64,000 nucleotides of DNA from positions 8,110 through 72,109 of the forward strand of contig CAYLRU010000008.1 of assembly GCA_964386565.1 (NCBI GenBank), given 5' to 3'. The stretch comes from an uncultured Desulfobacteraceae bacterium. Lineage in GTDB: Bacteria > Desulfobacterota > Desulfobacteria > Desulfobacterales > UBA5616. A model generated the notes under the pieces. That model was given only the letters and a program-made list of their open reading frames with translations, had not been told where the DNA came from and did no database searches. This document shows, piece by piece, positions 27,522 to 37,154 of the stretch (the stretch's first letter is position 1; each line of letters starts with the position of its first letter). The position numbers were made by a program, and so were the translations under genes.

Positions 27522-28295
27522 ATGAAAGTAATGCGTAAAATCATACAAATAGACGATGAGAAATGCGACGGTTGCGGACAGTGCATCCCGTCCTGTGCCG
27601 AAGGAGCCCTTGAAATCGTGGACGGCAAGGCTCGGGTCGTTGCGGAAAAATTCTGCGACGGCTTGGGCGCCTGCCTGGGCGAGTGCCCAAACGATGCATT
27701 GACCATCATAGAGCGCGAAGCGGAAGAATTCGACGAAGAAGCCGTTGAGCACCATCTGTCAACCCAGGAAGAAAAAGCGGACAAGCCTGAAAAAGTACTC
27801 CCCTGCGGATGTCCGTCTGCCACGATCCAGGATTTTGCACCGCCCAAAACACCGTGTCAGCAGGCCAATGCACCCAGGGCCATGGCCTTTGACGGGGAAT
27901 CGACCCTGACCCACTGGCCCATCCAGATCCGGCTGGTTCCCCCGGATGCGGGGTTCCTGAAAAATGCGGACCTGCTGGTTCTGGCCGATTGTTCGGCAGT
28001 GGCGTTTCCCACCCTCCACCGGGATTTATTAAAGGGCAAAGTGGTATTGATGGGGTGCCCCAAATTTGATGAAGCAGATGAATATGTCCGGCGGTTTGCA
28101 GAAATTTTCAGGGTCGCCGATATCAGAAGCATCACCACCGTGGTGATGGAAGTGCCCTGTTGTTCGGGCCTTCCCATGATCGTGAAAAAGGGTATGGCGG
28201 CTGCCGGAAAAACCGTTCCCATGGAGGAAGTCACCATCAGCGTGAGGGGAAAAGTCTTGGCACCTGTCGAGCGCCCTGTTAAAGCAGCGGGTTAG
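27522..28295 (+). CDS. 2x[4Fe-4S] ferredoxin-domain protein (FrdX-like hcp partner)
   Basis: CDGCGQCIPSCAEGAL and CDGLGACLGECPNDAL cluster motifs. The C-terminal about 130 aa is Cys-containing (GCPKFD, VPCCSG). Starts 5 nt after the HD gene. Confidence 0.8.
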   Translation: MKVMRKIIQIDDEKCDGCGQCIPSCAEGALEIVDGKARVVAEKFCDGLGACLGECPNDALTIIEREAEEFDEEAVEHHLSTQEEKADKPEKVLPCGCPSATIQDFAPPKTPCQQANAPRAMAFDGESTLTHWPIQIRLVPPDAGFLKNADLLVLADCSAVAFPTLHRDLLKGKVVLMGCPKFDEADEYVRRFAEIFRVADIRSITTVVMEVPCCSGLPMIVKKGMAAAGKTVPMEEVTISVRGKVLAPVERPVKAAG

Positions 28296-29056
28296 AGACG
28301 GCTTATGGCATCCACAAGCGCGGGCAGAATAACGCCGGAAGGCCCGCGCAGGCTGACCCGGCAATGTGGGCTAATGTCGCTTTCATACGCGTTGACCTCT
28401 ATGACCGGGTTGCCGTCTCTTAAAATTTTCCTGGGAAAGGCCGCTGCCGGATAAACCGTGGCGGACGTGCCCACCACGATCATACAGTCGCATTTTGCTG
28501 TTTCGGTTTCACATGCGGAAAGAACGTCCGGGGGAATGGGTTCGCCAAAAAAAACCGTGTCGGATTTTAAAATACCCTTGCAGGAGGGGCAAATCGGCGG
28601 CAGTTGCGTCGTGGATATTTCTTCCGGATCATACCGCCGGTTGCAGTTGATGCACCGAAGGAGCATGGCATTGCCGTGGATCTCCAGGACATTACGGCTG
28701 CAGGCTTCGGTGTGGAGGTTATCGATGTTCTGAGTGATGACGGCCCTTACGACCCCCATTTCCTCCAGTTCGGCAAGGGCCAGATGCCCCGCGTTGGGCA
28801 CGGCGTTTTTCAATGCATCCACCAATTCCACCATGGGCCCTTTTGGGTTAAGGCGACTCTCCCATGCTTTTTTCGGATCGTCCAAAAAACGCTGATACCC
28901 GTCCATGGGGGGTTCCCCGTGCTTGGCCCAGATTCCTCCGGGACCCCGAAAAGGCGGAATACCACTTTCAACACTGATGCCCGCACCGGTAAGTGCAATG
29001 ACATATTTTGCCTTGACCATAATCCGAGCCGCTTTCCAAAGTAAATCCTCATTCAT
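28292..29056 (-). CDS. cobB: NAD-dependent protein deacylase (Sir2 family)
   Basis: GAGISVESGIPPFRG, TQNIDNLH and the Zn ribbon CINCN...CPSCKG. Confidence 0.92.
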   Translation of the reverse strand: MNEDLLWKAARIMVKAKYVIALTGAGISVESGIPPFRGPGGIWAKHGEPPMDGYQRFLDDPKKAWESRLNPKGPMVELVDALKNAVPNAGHLALAELEEMGVVRAVITQNIDNLHTEACSRNVLEIHGNAMLLRCINCNRRYDPEEISTTQLPPICPSCKGILKSDTVFFGEPIPPDVLSACETETAKCDCMIVVGTSATVYPAAAFPRKILRDGNPVIEVNAYESDISPHCRVSLRGPSGVILPALVDAISRL

Positions 29057-29074
29057 GACGTCATCTCCCGAGGC

Positions 29075-29473
29075 CTAAATGTCTTGAAGAATTTTTTTCA
29101 CGACGTTACCGTCAGCCCTCGGCCCGAAATGCTTCATGATAAGCCCCATGGCCTGTATCTTATTTTTAAATGCTGAAAAATCGACATTCTCATGAATCCA
29201 GCCGATGATTTCATCTTCTGATGCCTGTTCAGGCATATAAGCCTCAACAATGGATATGAATTCGGAGTCCTCTGATATCCCTTGTTTCTGAAGCAGCTCT
29301 CTTTCAGACTTGATCAGTTTTTTCAAAATGCCTATTATCTGGTCATCGGTCAGCTCTTTTTGTTCCAGTCGCCCGAATTCTCCTAAAATCACGCGGATGG
29401 CGTCTTTTTTCACACTGTCCCTGGTCTTCATTGCCAGGGCCAGGTCGCTTTTAATTTTTTCCTGAAGGCTCAT
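29075..29473 (-). CDS. GatB/YqeY domain-containing protein
   Basis: MSLQEKIKSDLALAMKTRDSVKKDAIRVILGEF is typical of YqeY. ATG 29473 lies 9 nt after GAGGA. Confidence 0.85.
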   Translation of the reverse strand: MSLQEKIKSDLALAMKTRDSVKKDAIRVILGEFGRLEQKELTDDQIIGILKKLIKSERELLQKQGISEDSEFISIVEAYMPEQASEDEIIGWIHENVDFSAFKNKIQAMGLIMKHFGPRADGNVVKKILQDI

Positions 29474-29535
29474 CTTCAAATTTCCTCTTTAAAATCGGCG
29501 CGGTTCATGTCCGGTGTTATATCCGAACCTGGCGC

Positions 29536-30039
29536 TTATTTTTTTGACGGCGCGGGGTGAAGGAATTTTTGCTCTATAAAATCGGCGATCTTCTCGATTT
29601 CCTCGAGTGCGAAATCCGGTACATGAAGATCCATTTTCCGATCCGATACAAAGGCCACCAGCTCATCATTATCCAGGCAAAGGGGATGCTTATGCGCCGC
29701 AGATCGGAAAATTTCAATCTTGGGCAACTTTTCTTTTTTATACCCTTCCGCAATAACCAGATCAACATCCTGAAAATAGGTCAACAGGTCTTCCAGTCCC
29801 AGGGGACACTTTTTTTTGATCATGGCCATGCTGTCCGCAGAAGCTACTATGACCGTATCCGCTCCGGCCTTCTGATGACGCCAACTGTCTTTGCCTTCCC
29901 TGTCCATATCAAAGCCGTGGTGAGCATGTTTCATCACCCCGATTACATACCCGCGTTTTTTCAGTTCAGGGATTAGTTTTTCAATCAAAGTGGTTTTGCC
30001 GGCCCCGGACTCGCCGACAACGGAAACAACCGGGGGCAT
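29536..30039 (-). CDS. mobB: molybdopterin-guanine dinucleotide biosynthesis adaptor MobB
   Basis: P-loop VVGESGAGKTTLIEKLI, then VIGVMKHAHHGFDMDREGKDSWRH. Start is ATG 30039 (6 nt after AGGAG) or 30045. Confidence 0.9.
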   Translation of the reverse strand: MPPVVSVVGESGAGKTTLIEKLIPELKKRGYVIGVMKHAHHGFDMDREGKDSWRHQKAGADTVIVASADSMAMIKKKCPLGLEDLLTYFQDVDLVIAEGYKKEKLPKIEIFRSAAHKHPLCLDNDELVAFVSDRKMDLHVPDFALEEIEKIADFIEQKFLHPAPSKK

Positions 30040-30244
30040 AAACATCTCCTTTTCAATTCCATGTGAGAAACAATTTTCCGTTATCCCGACCCATCAGGCG
30101 CATCGTAAGTATGGGTGCTGTCAGATCATAAATCATGTATCTGATAGGCATAATTCATACAACAGCATGTTTTCGAATGCAATTCATAAAATATTCTATT
30201 GATTTACGCGTAAAAACAACAAGAATTACAAAAGAATAAATATT

Positions 30245-30273
30245 TTGACATATTTGGGTTTACTTGATATTTT
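30245..30273 (+). promoter_or_regulatory. sigma70-like promoter of the OmpA-family gene
   Basis: TTGACA 30245-50, 17-nt spacer, TATTTT 30268-73. Confidence 0.4.
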
Positions 30274-30320
30274 TTGAAAATAGTAAAAATAACCAGCACC
30301 GTACCTAACCATCGTGGTGA

Positions 30321-30339
30321 TATCCGGATTATCCGGATA
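30321..30339. repeat. perfect 19-bp palindrome TATCCGGAT-T-ATCCGGATA
   Basis: Read directly from the sequence. Lies in the predicted 5' UTR, 80 nt upstream of ATG 30420. Confidence 0.9.
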
Positions 30340-30419
30340 AACAAAAAACTCAATTTTGTGTAAAACATGTATTTATCTGTTTTAAAATCAAATTATTTAT
30401 TCCAGGAGGAGGAAATATC

Positions 30420-31658
30420 ATGGGAAGAAAAACGTTACCAATGCTGTTGATGACCGCGTTATGTGCGATGTTGATCGGATGTGCCGCCCAAACGCCCCAG
30501 AAAAAGATGACATTGCCGCTTAACGTGGCGCCCCAGATTGCGGCCGGTCAGTATGTGCAGGATGCGGATATTTTATATGTGATACTGGATGCGTCCTCAT
30601 CTGTTCCGGTTCCCGGCGGGGACCAGGCCAATGTTAATGCGGCCAAAAATATCGTCAGCCGGATAAATCAAAGGATGCCTGATGTGGAAATAAACAGCGC
30701 GTTAAGGCCCTTCGGACTCGGCGATTGTTTATATAACAAGGAAACCCGCCTGCTTTACGGGATTACCCGATTTAACCGTCATTCATTTCAATCCGCACTG
30801 GATACGATCACCTGTGTGGCGAACAAAAGCCCCATGAAAAAGGCAATTGACGCCGCAACCGAGGATTTAAAGGACACCAAGGGTAATATCGCCCTGGTGA
30901 TTGTCAGTGACGGTGTGGGGATGGGAAACGCTCCGGTTGAGGCGGCCAAAAATATGAAAAAAGCACTGGGTGACAGATTGTGTATCTATACGGTGTTGGT
31001 GGGAAATAATTATGAAGGCGAAACCTTGATGACCAAAATCGCAAAAGCCGGTGTTTGCGGCGACATGGTCAGGGAAGGGGATATTGCCAATAAAAAAGAT
31101 ATGAGTCGATTCATCGAGAAATTGCTCTTTCATATTTACACGGACATGGATTGCGACGGTGTAAAGGATTCATGGGACAAGTGCCCGAATACGGAAAGAG
31201 GTGTGAAGGTGGACGGCTGTGGATGCCCCATGGCCATGGATTCGGATGGCGACGGAGTTTATGACGACAAGGACCAGTGCCCCAATACGCCCAAGGGAGC
31301 CAGGGTTAATTCCGTGGGATGCTGGGCCCTGAAAAATGTTCTGTTTGATACGGACAAGGACAATATTAAACCGGCTTTTTATTCGGATTTGCATGAAGTC
31401 TTAGCGGTTCTGGAAAAAAATCCCACCCTTACCATCGAAATTCAGGGACATACGGACAATGTGGGCGGAGCTGCATACAATAATGCCCTTTCCCAGAGAC
31501 GTGCAGATGCGGTCATGAACTACCTTGTGGGAAAAGGCATTGCTGAGAAGCGGCTGACGGCCGTGGGCTATGGTTTTGACAAGCCGGTGGCGTCAAACGA
31601 TACAAAAGAAGGCCGGGCTCAGAACAGGCGGGTGCAATTGGAACCTCTGAGCCGGTAA
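30420..31658 (+). CDS. OmpA-family lipoprotein with vWA-like and thrombospondin type 3 repeat regions
   Basis: Lipobox LIGC; vWA-like (VILDASSS ... ALVIVSDG); TSP3 repeats (DCDGVKDSWDKCPNT, DSDGDGVYDDKDQCPNT). OmpA_C domain (IEIQGHTDNVG...YNNALSQRRA...NRRVQL). Confidence 0.9.
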   Translation: MGRKTLPMLLMTALCAMLIGCAAQTPQKKMTLPLNVAPQIAAGQYVQDADILYVILDASSSVPVPGGDQANVNAAKNIVSRINQRMPDVEINSALRPFGLGDCLYNKETRLLYGITRFNRHSFQSALDTITCVANKSPMKKAIDAATEDLKDTKGNIALVIVSDGVGMGNAPVEAAKNMKKALGDRLCIYTVLVGNNYEGETLMTKIAKAGVCGDMVREGDIANKKDMSRFIEKLLFHIYTDMDCDGVKDSWDKCPNTERGVKVDGCGCPMAMDSDGDGVYDDKDQCPNTPKGARVNSVGCWALKNVLFDTDKDNIKPAFYSDLHEVLAVLEKNPTLTIEIQGHTDNVGGAAYNNALSQRRADAVMNYLVGKGIAEKRLTAVGYGFDKPVASNDTKEGRAQNRRVQLEPLSR

Positions 31659-31739
31659 GCCCGGATAGATATCGCAAAATGTATCAGGCGTTATAATAAA
31701 ACAGGGATGCCGGTCAGATTCATGAGATAAGGGGAAACC

Positions 31740-33752
31740 ATGAAAAAGCTTATCAAATGGGGGGTGATCATTGGCGGATCAATCCTGGTCCTCGTTTGTG
31801 CCGTACTTCTCATTGTGCCGTTTTTTTTGGACATGGAACAATATAAACCCATGATTGAAGAAAAGGTCTCGGCTGCGGCAGGGAGGCCTTTTTCAATCAA
31901 CGGCGATATTCAGCTCTCCCTGTTTCCCCTTGCCGGTATTTCATTTACGGATTTGCAGATCGGCAATCCCGAAGGCTTTGAAGAAAAAGAATTCATCAGC
32001 ATCAAGAACTTTGAAGCACGGGTCAAGCTCCTGCCGCTGCTTTTTAAGGACGTTCAAATCAACCGTTTTATCATAGAAGAACCCAGAATCGTTCTGGTCA
32101 CGCAAAAAAACGGCCGGGTCAACTGGGAGATGCCGTCAAAAACCCCTCCTGTGAAAACTTCTGAAAAGAAAGAAGACGAAAACCAACCCGGTTCCGGTAT
32201 TTCTTTAAAAAACCTGGCGGTCGGCGAAATGGTCGTCACAGACGGTTTGGTCCAGGTGATTGATCATTCCCAAAAAAGTCGCACCGAGATTTCTAAAATT
32301 GCGGCAAAAATCAACGACCTCCGCCTTGATCGACCTGTTAAGCTGTTTCTTTCCGCAAATATTAACGGCCTTCCCATATCATTAAGGGGCCAGGTGGGGC
32401 CGTTGGGCCGGGACATCGGCGCCGGTGATATTCCGGTTGATCTTATGACAATCGTGCTCAATGAAGCGAAAATAGTCATAACCGGAAAAGTTCTTCACCC
32501 CATGAATCAACCGGCCTTTAACCTGACGGTGCGGGCCGAGCCCTTTTCTCCGAAAAAATTGATTCCGGCACTCATCAAGGATATTGAAATTCAAACGGCA
32601 GATAGGAACGTCTTGAAAAAGATGGCTTTCGGCATGACGTTAAACGGTAATGCCGATGCCGTGTCGATTTCAGAAGGAAGCATCGTCCTTGACGATTCGA
32701 CACTTGCATTTAACGCAAAAATCAAAGCCTTTGAAAAGCCGGATCTGTCTTTTGATGCGACACTGGATCAAATCGATGCAGACCGTTACCTGCCGCCGAA
32801 AAAAGAAGCTGAAACACCGGTTGGACAGCAAGAAGCATCCGCTTCCAAAGCAGAACCGGATTACGGGCCCCTCCGGTCACTCGTCTTGAAAGGAAATATA
32901 AAAGTCGGGGCCTTAAAGGTCAATAACATCCGGATGCAGAACCTTGTCATAACACTGACGGGAAACAGGGGGATAATCAGGGCCAATCCCCTTTCCTTGG
33001 ATTTGTACGGAGGCCGGGTGGATGCCAATGCGGTATTGAATGTTGCGACGGATACCCCCAAAACGGTATTTCAGTTAAATGCCGATAACATCCAGGCAAA
33101 CGCGTTATTAAAAGATCTTTTGGGAAAAGATATTATAGAGGGAGTGCTGAAGGCGAAGATTGATCTTCAGACCGTGGGCGCCGACCCGGAAGCCGTAAAG
33201 CAGTCTCTGAGCGGCATCACGAATGTATTATTTAGAGACGGCGCCATTAAAGGGATCGATCTCACCGCCATGGTAAGAAACGTGAAAACCGCATTCGGTC
33301 TGGTCCAATCAGGCGAATCCGGGGAAACACAACCGCGGACCGATTTTTCCGAATTCCACCTTCCCTTTGTCTTTAAAAACGGGATCGCCAATACATCGGC
33401 CACGCAACTCGTATCACCGCTGGTCCGTGTGACGGCCGAGGGCCGGGCGGACCTGGTGAATGAAAGCCTGGATTTTCGGGTTAAGCCCAAATTCGTGGCC
33501 ACTGTAGCGGGTCAGGGGGATACAGAAAACCGGTCCGGGGTAATGGTGCCGATACGGATTACCGGCAGTTTTTCATCTCCGAAATTCGCTCCGGATATCG
33601 GCGGCATCATAAAGCAGGGTCTGGAAGGCAATCTGCCGGTTCCGGGAAATTTAAAAGATGTTCTCGGCGGAGGCAATGCCTCCGATGACAAGTCCGGCTC
33701 CCTGGAAGAAGCCACAAAGGGATTGCTCAAGAATCTGCCATTCGGCAGATAA
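31740..33752 (+). CDS. AsmA family protein
   Basis: 670 aa with an N-terminal anchor (KWGVIIGGSILVLVCAVLLIVPFF) and AsmA-like N- and C-terminal regions (DLYGGRVDANAVL...). Confidence 0.85.
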   Translation: MKKLIKWGVIIGGSILVLVCAVLLIVPFFLDMEQYKPMIEEKVSAAAGRPFSINGDIQLSLFPLAGISFTDLQIGNPEGFEEKEFISIKNFEARVKLLPLLFKDVQINRFIIEEPRIVLVTQKNGRVNWEMPSKTPPVKTSEKKEDENQPGSGISLKNLAVGEMVVTDGLVQVIDHSQKSRTEISKIAAKINDLRLDRPVKLFLSANINGLPISLRGQVGPLGRDIGAGDIPVDLMTIVLNEAKIVITGKVLHPMNQPAFNLTVRAEPFSPKKLIPALIKDIEIQTADRNVLKKMAFGMTLNGNADAVSISEGSIVLDDSTLAFNAKIKAFEKPDLSFDATLDQIDADRYLPPKKEAETPVGQQEASASKAEPDYGPLRSLVLKGNIKVGALKVNNIRMQNLVITLTGNRGIIRANPLSLDLYGGRVDANAVLNVATDTPKTVFQLNADNIQANALLKDLLGKDIIEGVLKAKIDLQTVGADPEAVKQSLSGITNVLFRDGAIKGIDLTAMVRNVKTAFGLVQSGESGETQPRTDFSEFHLPFVFKNGIANTSATQLVSPLVRVTAEGRADLVNESLDFRVKPKFVATVAGQGDTENRSGVMVPIRITGSFSSPKFAPDIGGIIKQGLEGNLPVPGNLKDVLGGGNASDDKSGSLEEATKGLLKNLPFGR

Positions 33753-33842
33753 TCTTGCATCTCTTTAGCCTATTCCAAAAGCCGTTGGGGCAAGATGGGC
33801 AAACAGCTAAAAAATGGGACCTCTGAACTGTAACGGGAATTT

Positions 33843-34295
33843 ATGAAAACGGCAAAGGATATTATGACCGGAAATCCGGTGACGGTGTCCCCGGAAACGG
33901 AGATTCTCCAGGCGGCAAAACTTCTCCTGGAAAGACGGATTAACGGCGTACCGGTTGTCGATGACACGGGCAAACTGGTGGGAATTATCTGTCAGAGCGA
34001 CCTGATCGTTCAACAGAAAAAAATGCCGATACCATCGTTGTTCACATTTCTGGATGGTATTGTCTCGTTGACATCCATGAAGCAGATGGAAAAAGAAGCC
34101 CGGAAAATTACTGCAATAACCGTGGCTCATGCCATGACGGCCAACCCTGTCACCATTAAGCCGGACACCACCATAGAAACAATGGCCGAGTTGATGGTGG
34201 ATAAAAAATTTCACACGCTTCCCGTGGTGGATAATGGTAAATTAGTTGGAATCGTTGGGAAAGAAGATATTTTAAGAACATTGATGCGACAATAA
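33843..34295 (+). CDS. CBS domain pair protein
   Basis: Two CBS motifs (IMTGNPVTVSPETEILQAAKLLLERRINGVPVVD; HAMTANPVTIKPDTTIETMAELMVDKKFHTLPVVD). Confidence 0.9.
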   Translation: MKTAKDIMTGNPVTVSPETEILQAAKLLLERRINGVPVVDDTGKLVGIICQSDLIVQQKKMPIPSLFTFLDGIVSLTSMKQMEKEARKITAITVAHAMTANPVTIKPDTTIETMAELMVDKKFHTLPVVDNGKLVGIVGKEDILRTLMRQ

Positions 34296-34469
34296 TGTTT
34301 TTTTACCTCCCATGTTTCATCTTCCCTGATTTTCCGTATTCGTTCAAAGACCGGTAAGGAAAAATTGCAACAGCCGAGAATCTCTCTCCCCATCTTTGTA
34401 AAGGGGACTTAAAGAAATTATGCGATTTTGATGTTGAATTCCCATTTTCTGATCAAGGAGGAAAACCTT

Positions 34470-35360
34470 ATGGCAAGTGAGAAATTGAAACATATCATAG
34501 AATTACTGAAATCCATGCCGGTTGATGAAGACGCATCCTTTCAGGAAATGCGGGCGGAAATGGAAAATATGTTGATTCTTCAAACACCCACGGAAGGTTT
34601 TGATTTTTCACCGGTTTCCGTCGATAAAGTACCTGCTGAATGGGTGTTGCCGGAAAATGCCGGAAAGGACGGTGTGATATTGTATCTCCATGGCGGCGGA
34701 TATTGCATCGGTTCCATCAATACCCATCGGGCCATGGTAGCCCGAATTGCCAGAGCATCGAAGGCCCGGGCGCTTTTAATCGATTACCGGCTTGCACCGG
34801 AAAACCCGTTTCCGGCGGCGGTAGAGGATGCAACAACCGCCTATCGATGGCTTCTTGAAGAAGGCATATCCCCTGAAAAAATTGTCATTGCGGGTGATTC
34901 CGCAGGCGGCGGACTTACCGTGGCCACGCTGTTGAATTTAAAGGACGGTAAAACCCCCTTGCCGGCTGCGGCGGTTTGCATTTCACCATGGGTTGATTTG
35001 ACAATGAGCGGGGAATCCATGAAGACCAGAGCAGCGGCAGATCCCATGGTGCGGTATCAAGGAATTGTTAAAATGGCCGAAGCATACTTGAACGGAAAAG
35101 ATCCCAAACTACCTCTTGCCTCGCCCCTGTTCGGAAATCTGGAAAATTTGCCGCCCATGCTCATTCATGTCGGCACCGCCGAAGTGTTGCTGGATGACAG
35201 TCTGCGTCTGGCCGAAAAGGCAAAGGCAGCGGGAGTGGATGTGACGATTGAAACCTGGGAAGACATGATTCATGTATGGCATACGTTTGCGGAAATGTTG
35301 CCTGAAGCAATGGAAGCCATTGACATCATCGGAAAATATATTTTACAGCATATCCAATAA
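34470..35360 (+). CDS. alpha/beta hydrolase, hormone-sensitive-lipase-type esterase
   Basis: ATG after AAGGAGG. Oxyanion HGGGY; nucleophile elbow GDSAGG; C-terminal DxxxxD...H region. Confidence 0.88.
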   Translation: MASEKLKHIIELLKSMPVDEDASFQEMRAEMENMLILQTPTEGFDFSPVSVDKVPAEWVLPENAGKDGVILYLHGGGYCIGSINTHRAMVARIARASKARALLIDYRLAPENPFPAAVEDATTAYRWLLEEGISPEKIVIAGDSAGGGLTVATLLNLKDGKTPLPAAAVCISPWVDLTMSGESMKTRAAADPMVRYQGIVKMAEAYLNGKDPKLPLASPLFGNLENLPPMLIHVGTAEVLLDDSLRLAEKAKAAGVDVTIETWEDMIHVWHTFAEMLPEAMEAIDIIGKYILQHIQ

Positions 35361-35389
35361 TGATAGTTTACAGATAAAGGATAAAATCT

Positions 35390-36637
35390 ATGAATCCATA
35401 TGAAATTGCCTGCCGGCAGGTGGATATTGCCGGAAAATATCTTGATATCGATGACGGGCTGCTTGAATTCCTGAAACACACCAAACGGGAACTTGTGGTC
35501 CATTTCCCCGTAAAACGGGATAACGGCAAGCTGGAGGTTTTTACCGGCTACAGGGTTCTTCATAATCCCGCCCTTGGACCGGGCAAGGGCGGAATCCGGT
35601 ATCACCCGGATGTGTGCCTGGATGAGGTTCGGGCACTGGCCATGTGGATGACCTGGAAAACGGCCGTGATGAACGTGCCCTTCGGCGGAGCCAAGGGCGG
35701 GGTGACCTGCAATCCCAAGGAATTGTCCCAGCAGGAAATCGAACATATCACCCGACGGTTCACATGGGAAATCGCCCCGTTTATCGGTCCCAAATCCGAT
35801 ATTCTGGCCCCGGATGTCTATACCAACCCCCAGGTGATGGCCTGGATCATGGATACGTACAGTATTTTAAAAGGGTATTCGGTTCCCGAAATTGTAACCG
35901 GAAAACCCATTGAAATCGGGGGCTCGGCAGGCCGGTTCAAAGCTACGGGCAAAGGGGTTTATCTGACAAGCGTTAATGCGGCCCCCCATGTCGGAATAGG
36001 GAATTCCGTCAAGGGAACTCGGGTGGTCATTCAGGGCGCCGGCAATGTGGGAGAAATAACCGCTAGATATTTTTGCCAGGCCGGTGCAAAGCTCATCGCC
36101 ATCAGTGATTCCAGGAGTGCCGTCTTTAATCCCCGGGGAATCAAGGCGGATGAAGCCATGTCCTGTAAACAGAAAAACGGAAAATTTGTTGGCCGGGAAC
36201 TGGGGGCGGAAGAGATTTCCAATGCGCAGCTCCTGGAACTGGAATGCGACATACTGATCCCAGCGGCCCTGGGAAACCAGATTACCAAGAAAAATGCCGG
36301 AAACCTGAAATGCAAACTGGTGGTGGAAGGGGCCAACGGCCCGACAACGCCCGAGGCGGACGAGATTCTCTTTGAGAGAAACATCATGGTGGTTCCGGAT
36401 ATCCTGGCCAATGCCGGGGGGGTGACGGTTTCCTATTTTGAGTGGGTCCAGAATGTCCAGGAGTTGATGTGGAGCGAACATGAGGTCTTCGAACGCCTGG
36501 AAAAAATCATGGCCAGAGCTTTTAACGAGGTCCTGCGGATTGCCGAAGAAAAAAAGGTCAGTATGCGCACGGCGGCCTATATCCTCGGTGTGGGGCGTGT
36601 GGCAAAGGCCATGCAGTTAAGGGGAATATATCCCTGA
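35390..36637 (+). CDS. gdhA: glutamate dehydrogenase (Glu/Leu/Phe/Val dehydrogenase family)
   Basis: KGGIRYHP, the catalytic-Lys box PFGGAKGG and the Rossmann motif GAGNVG. 415 aa. Confidence 0.88.
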   Translation: MNPYEIACRQVDIAGKYLDIDDGLLEFLKHTKRELVVHFPVKRDNGKLEVFTGYRVLHNPALGPGKGGIRYHPDVCLDEVRALAMWMTWKTAVMNVPFGGAKGGVTCNPKELSQQEIEHITRRFTWEIAPFIGPKSDILAPDVYTNPQVMAWIMDTYSILKGYSVPEIVTGKPIEIGGSAGRFKATGKGVYLTSVNAAPHVGIGNSVKGTRVVIQGAGNVGEITARYFCQAGAKLIAISDSRSAVFNPRGIKADEAMSCKQKNGKFVGRELGAEEISNAQLLELECDILIPAALGNQITKKNAGNLKCKLVVEGANGPTTPEADEILFERNIMVVPDILANAGGVTVSYFEWVQNVQELMWSEHEVFERLEKIMARAFNEVLRIAEEKKVSMRTAAYILGVGRVAKAMQLRGIYP

Positions 36638-36815
36638 CAACCGACCGGACGTTTTCGGGCGTTCTGAAAACGGCGTTTGATGGAAAGAAGGCGGTTTGGA
36701 TATTGCGGCAAAGAATAAACCCGGAATAAGAAAAGCGACACCGACCTCATTTTGACTTCAGTCCTCTGATTCCCGGTTTCCGGTTCCTGAATGCTTAAGC
36801 ATAACGGAGGAAAAA

Positions 36816-37049
36816 ATGAAAGATATATCCGCATGGGTGTTGATTGCCCTTTTGATGACGACGAGCCTCTTTTTCGCCTGTTCCGATAAAGATAACGGGG
36901 TAAAGGAAAAAAATGTCGTTGAAAAGATAAGCGATGACGCTGCAAAGAAAATTTCCGACAAAATACTGGAGCCGGTTGAAAACGCCCGGGATGTAAAGGT
37001 TATGGAAGACAAGCGGCTGCAGGAACTTGAGAAGGCCATGGTTGAGTAA
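36816..37049 (+). CDS. small lipoprotein, unknown function
   Basis: GGAGGAAAAA SD, signal peptide plus lipobox LFFAC, then a charged 55-aa tail. Confidence 0.55.
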   Translation: MKDISAWVLIALLMTTSLFFACSDKDNGVKEKNVVEKISDDAAKKISDKILEPVENARDVKVMEDKRLQELEKAMVE

Positions 37050-37154
37050 TTCGGTGGTCGGATTTTTATTAATCAGTTTAGGATTTACGAGGATGAATTC
37101 GCAAAAAGTTGCTTTCCGACTTTTTACGAGACCATCAAGGAGAGGGTTCTTATT

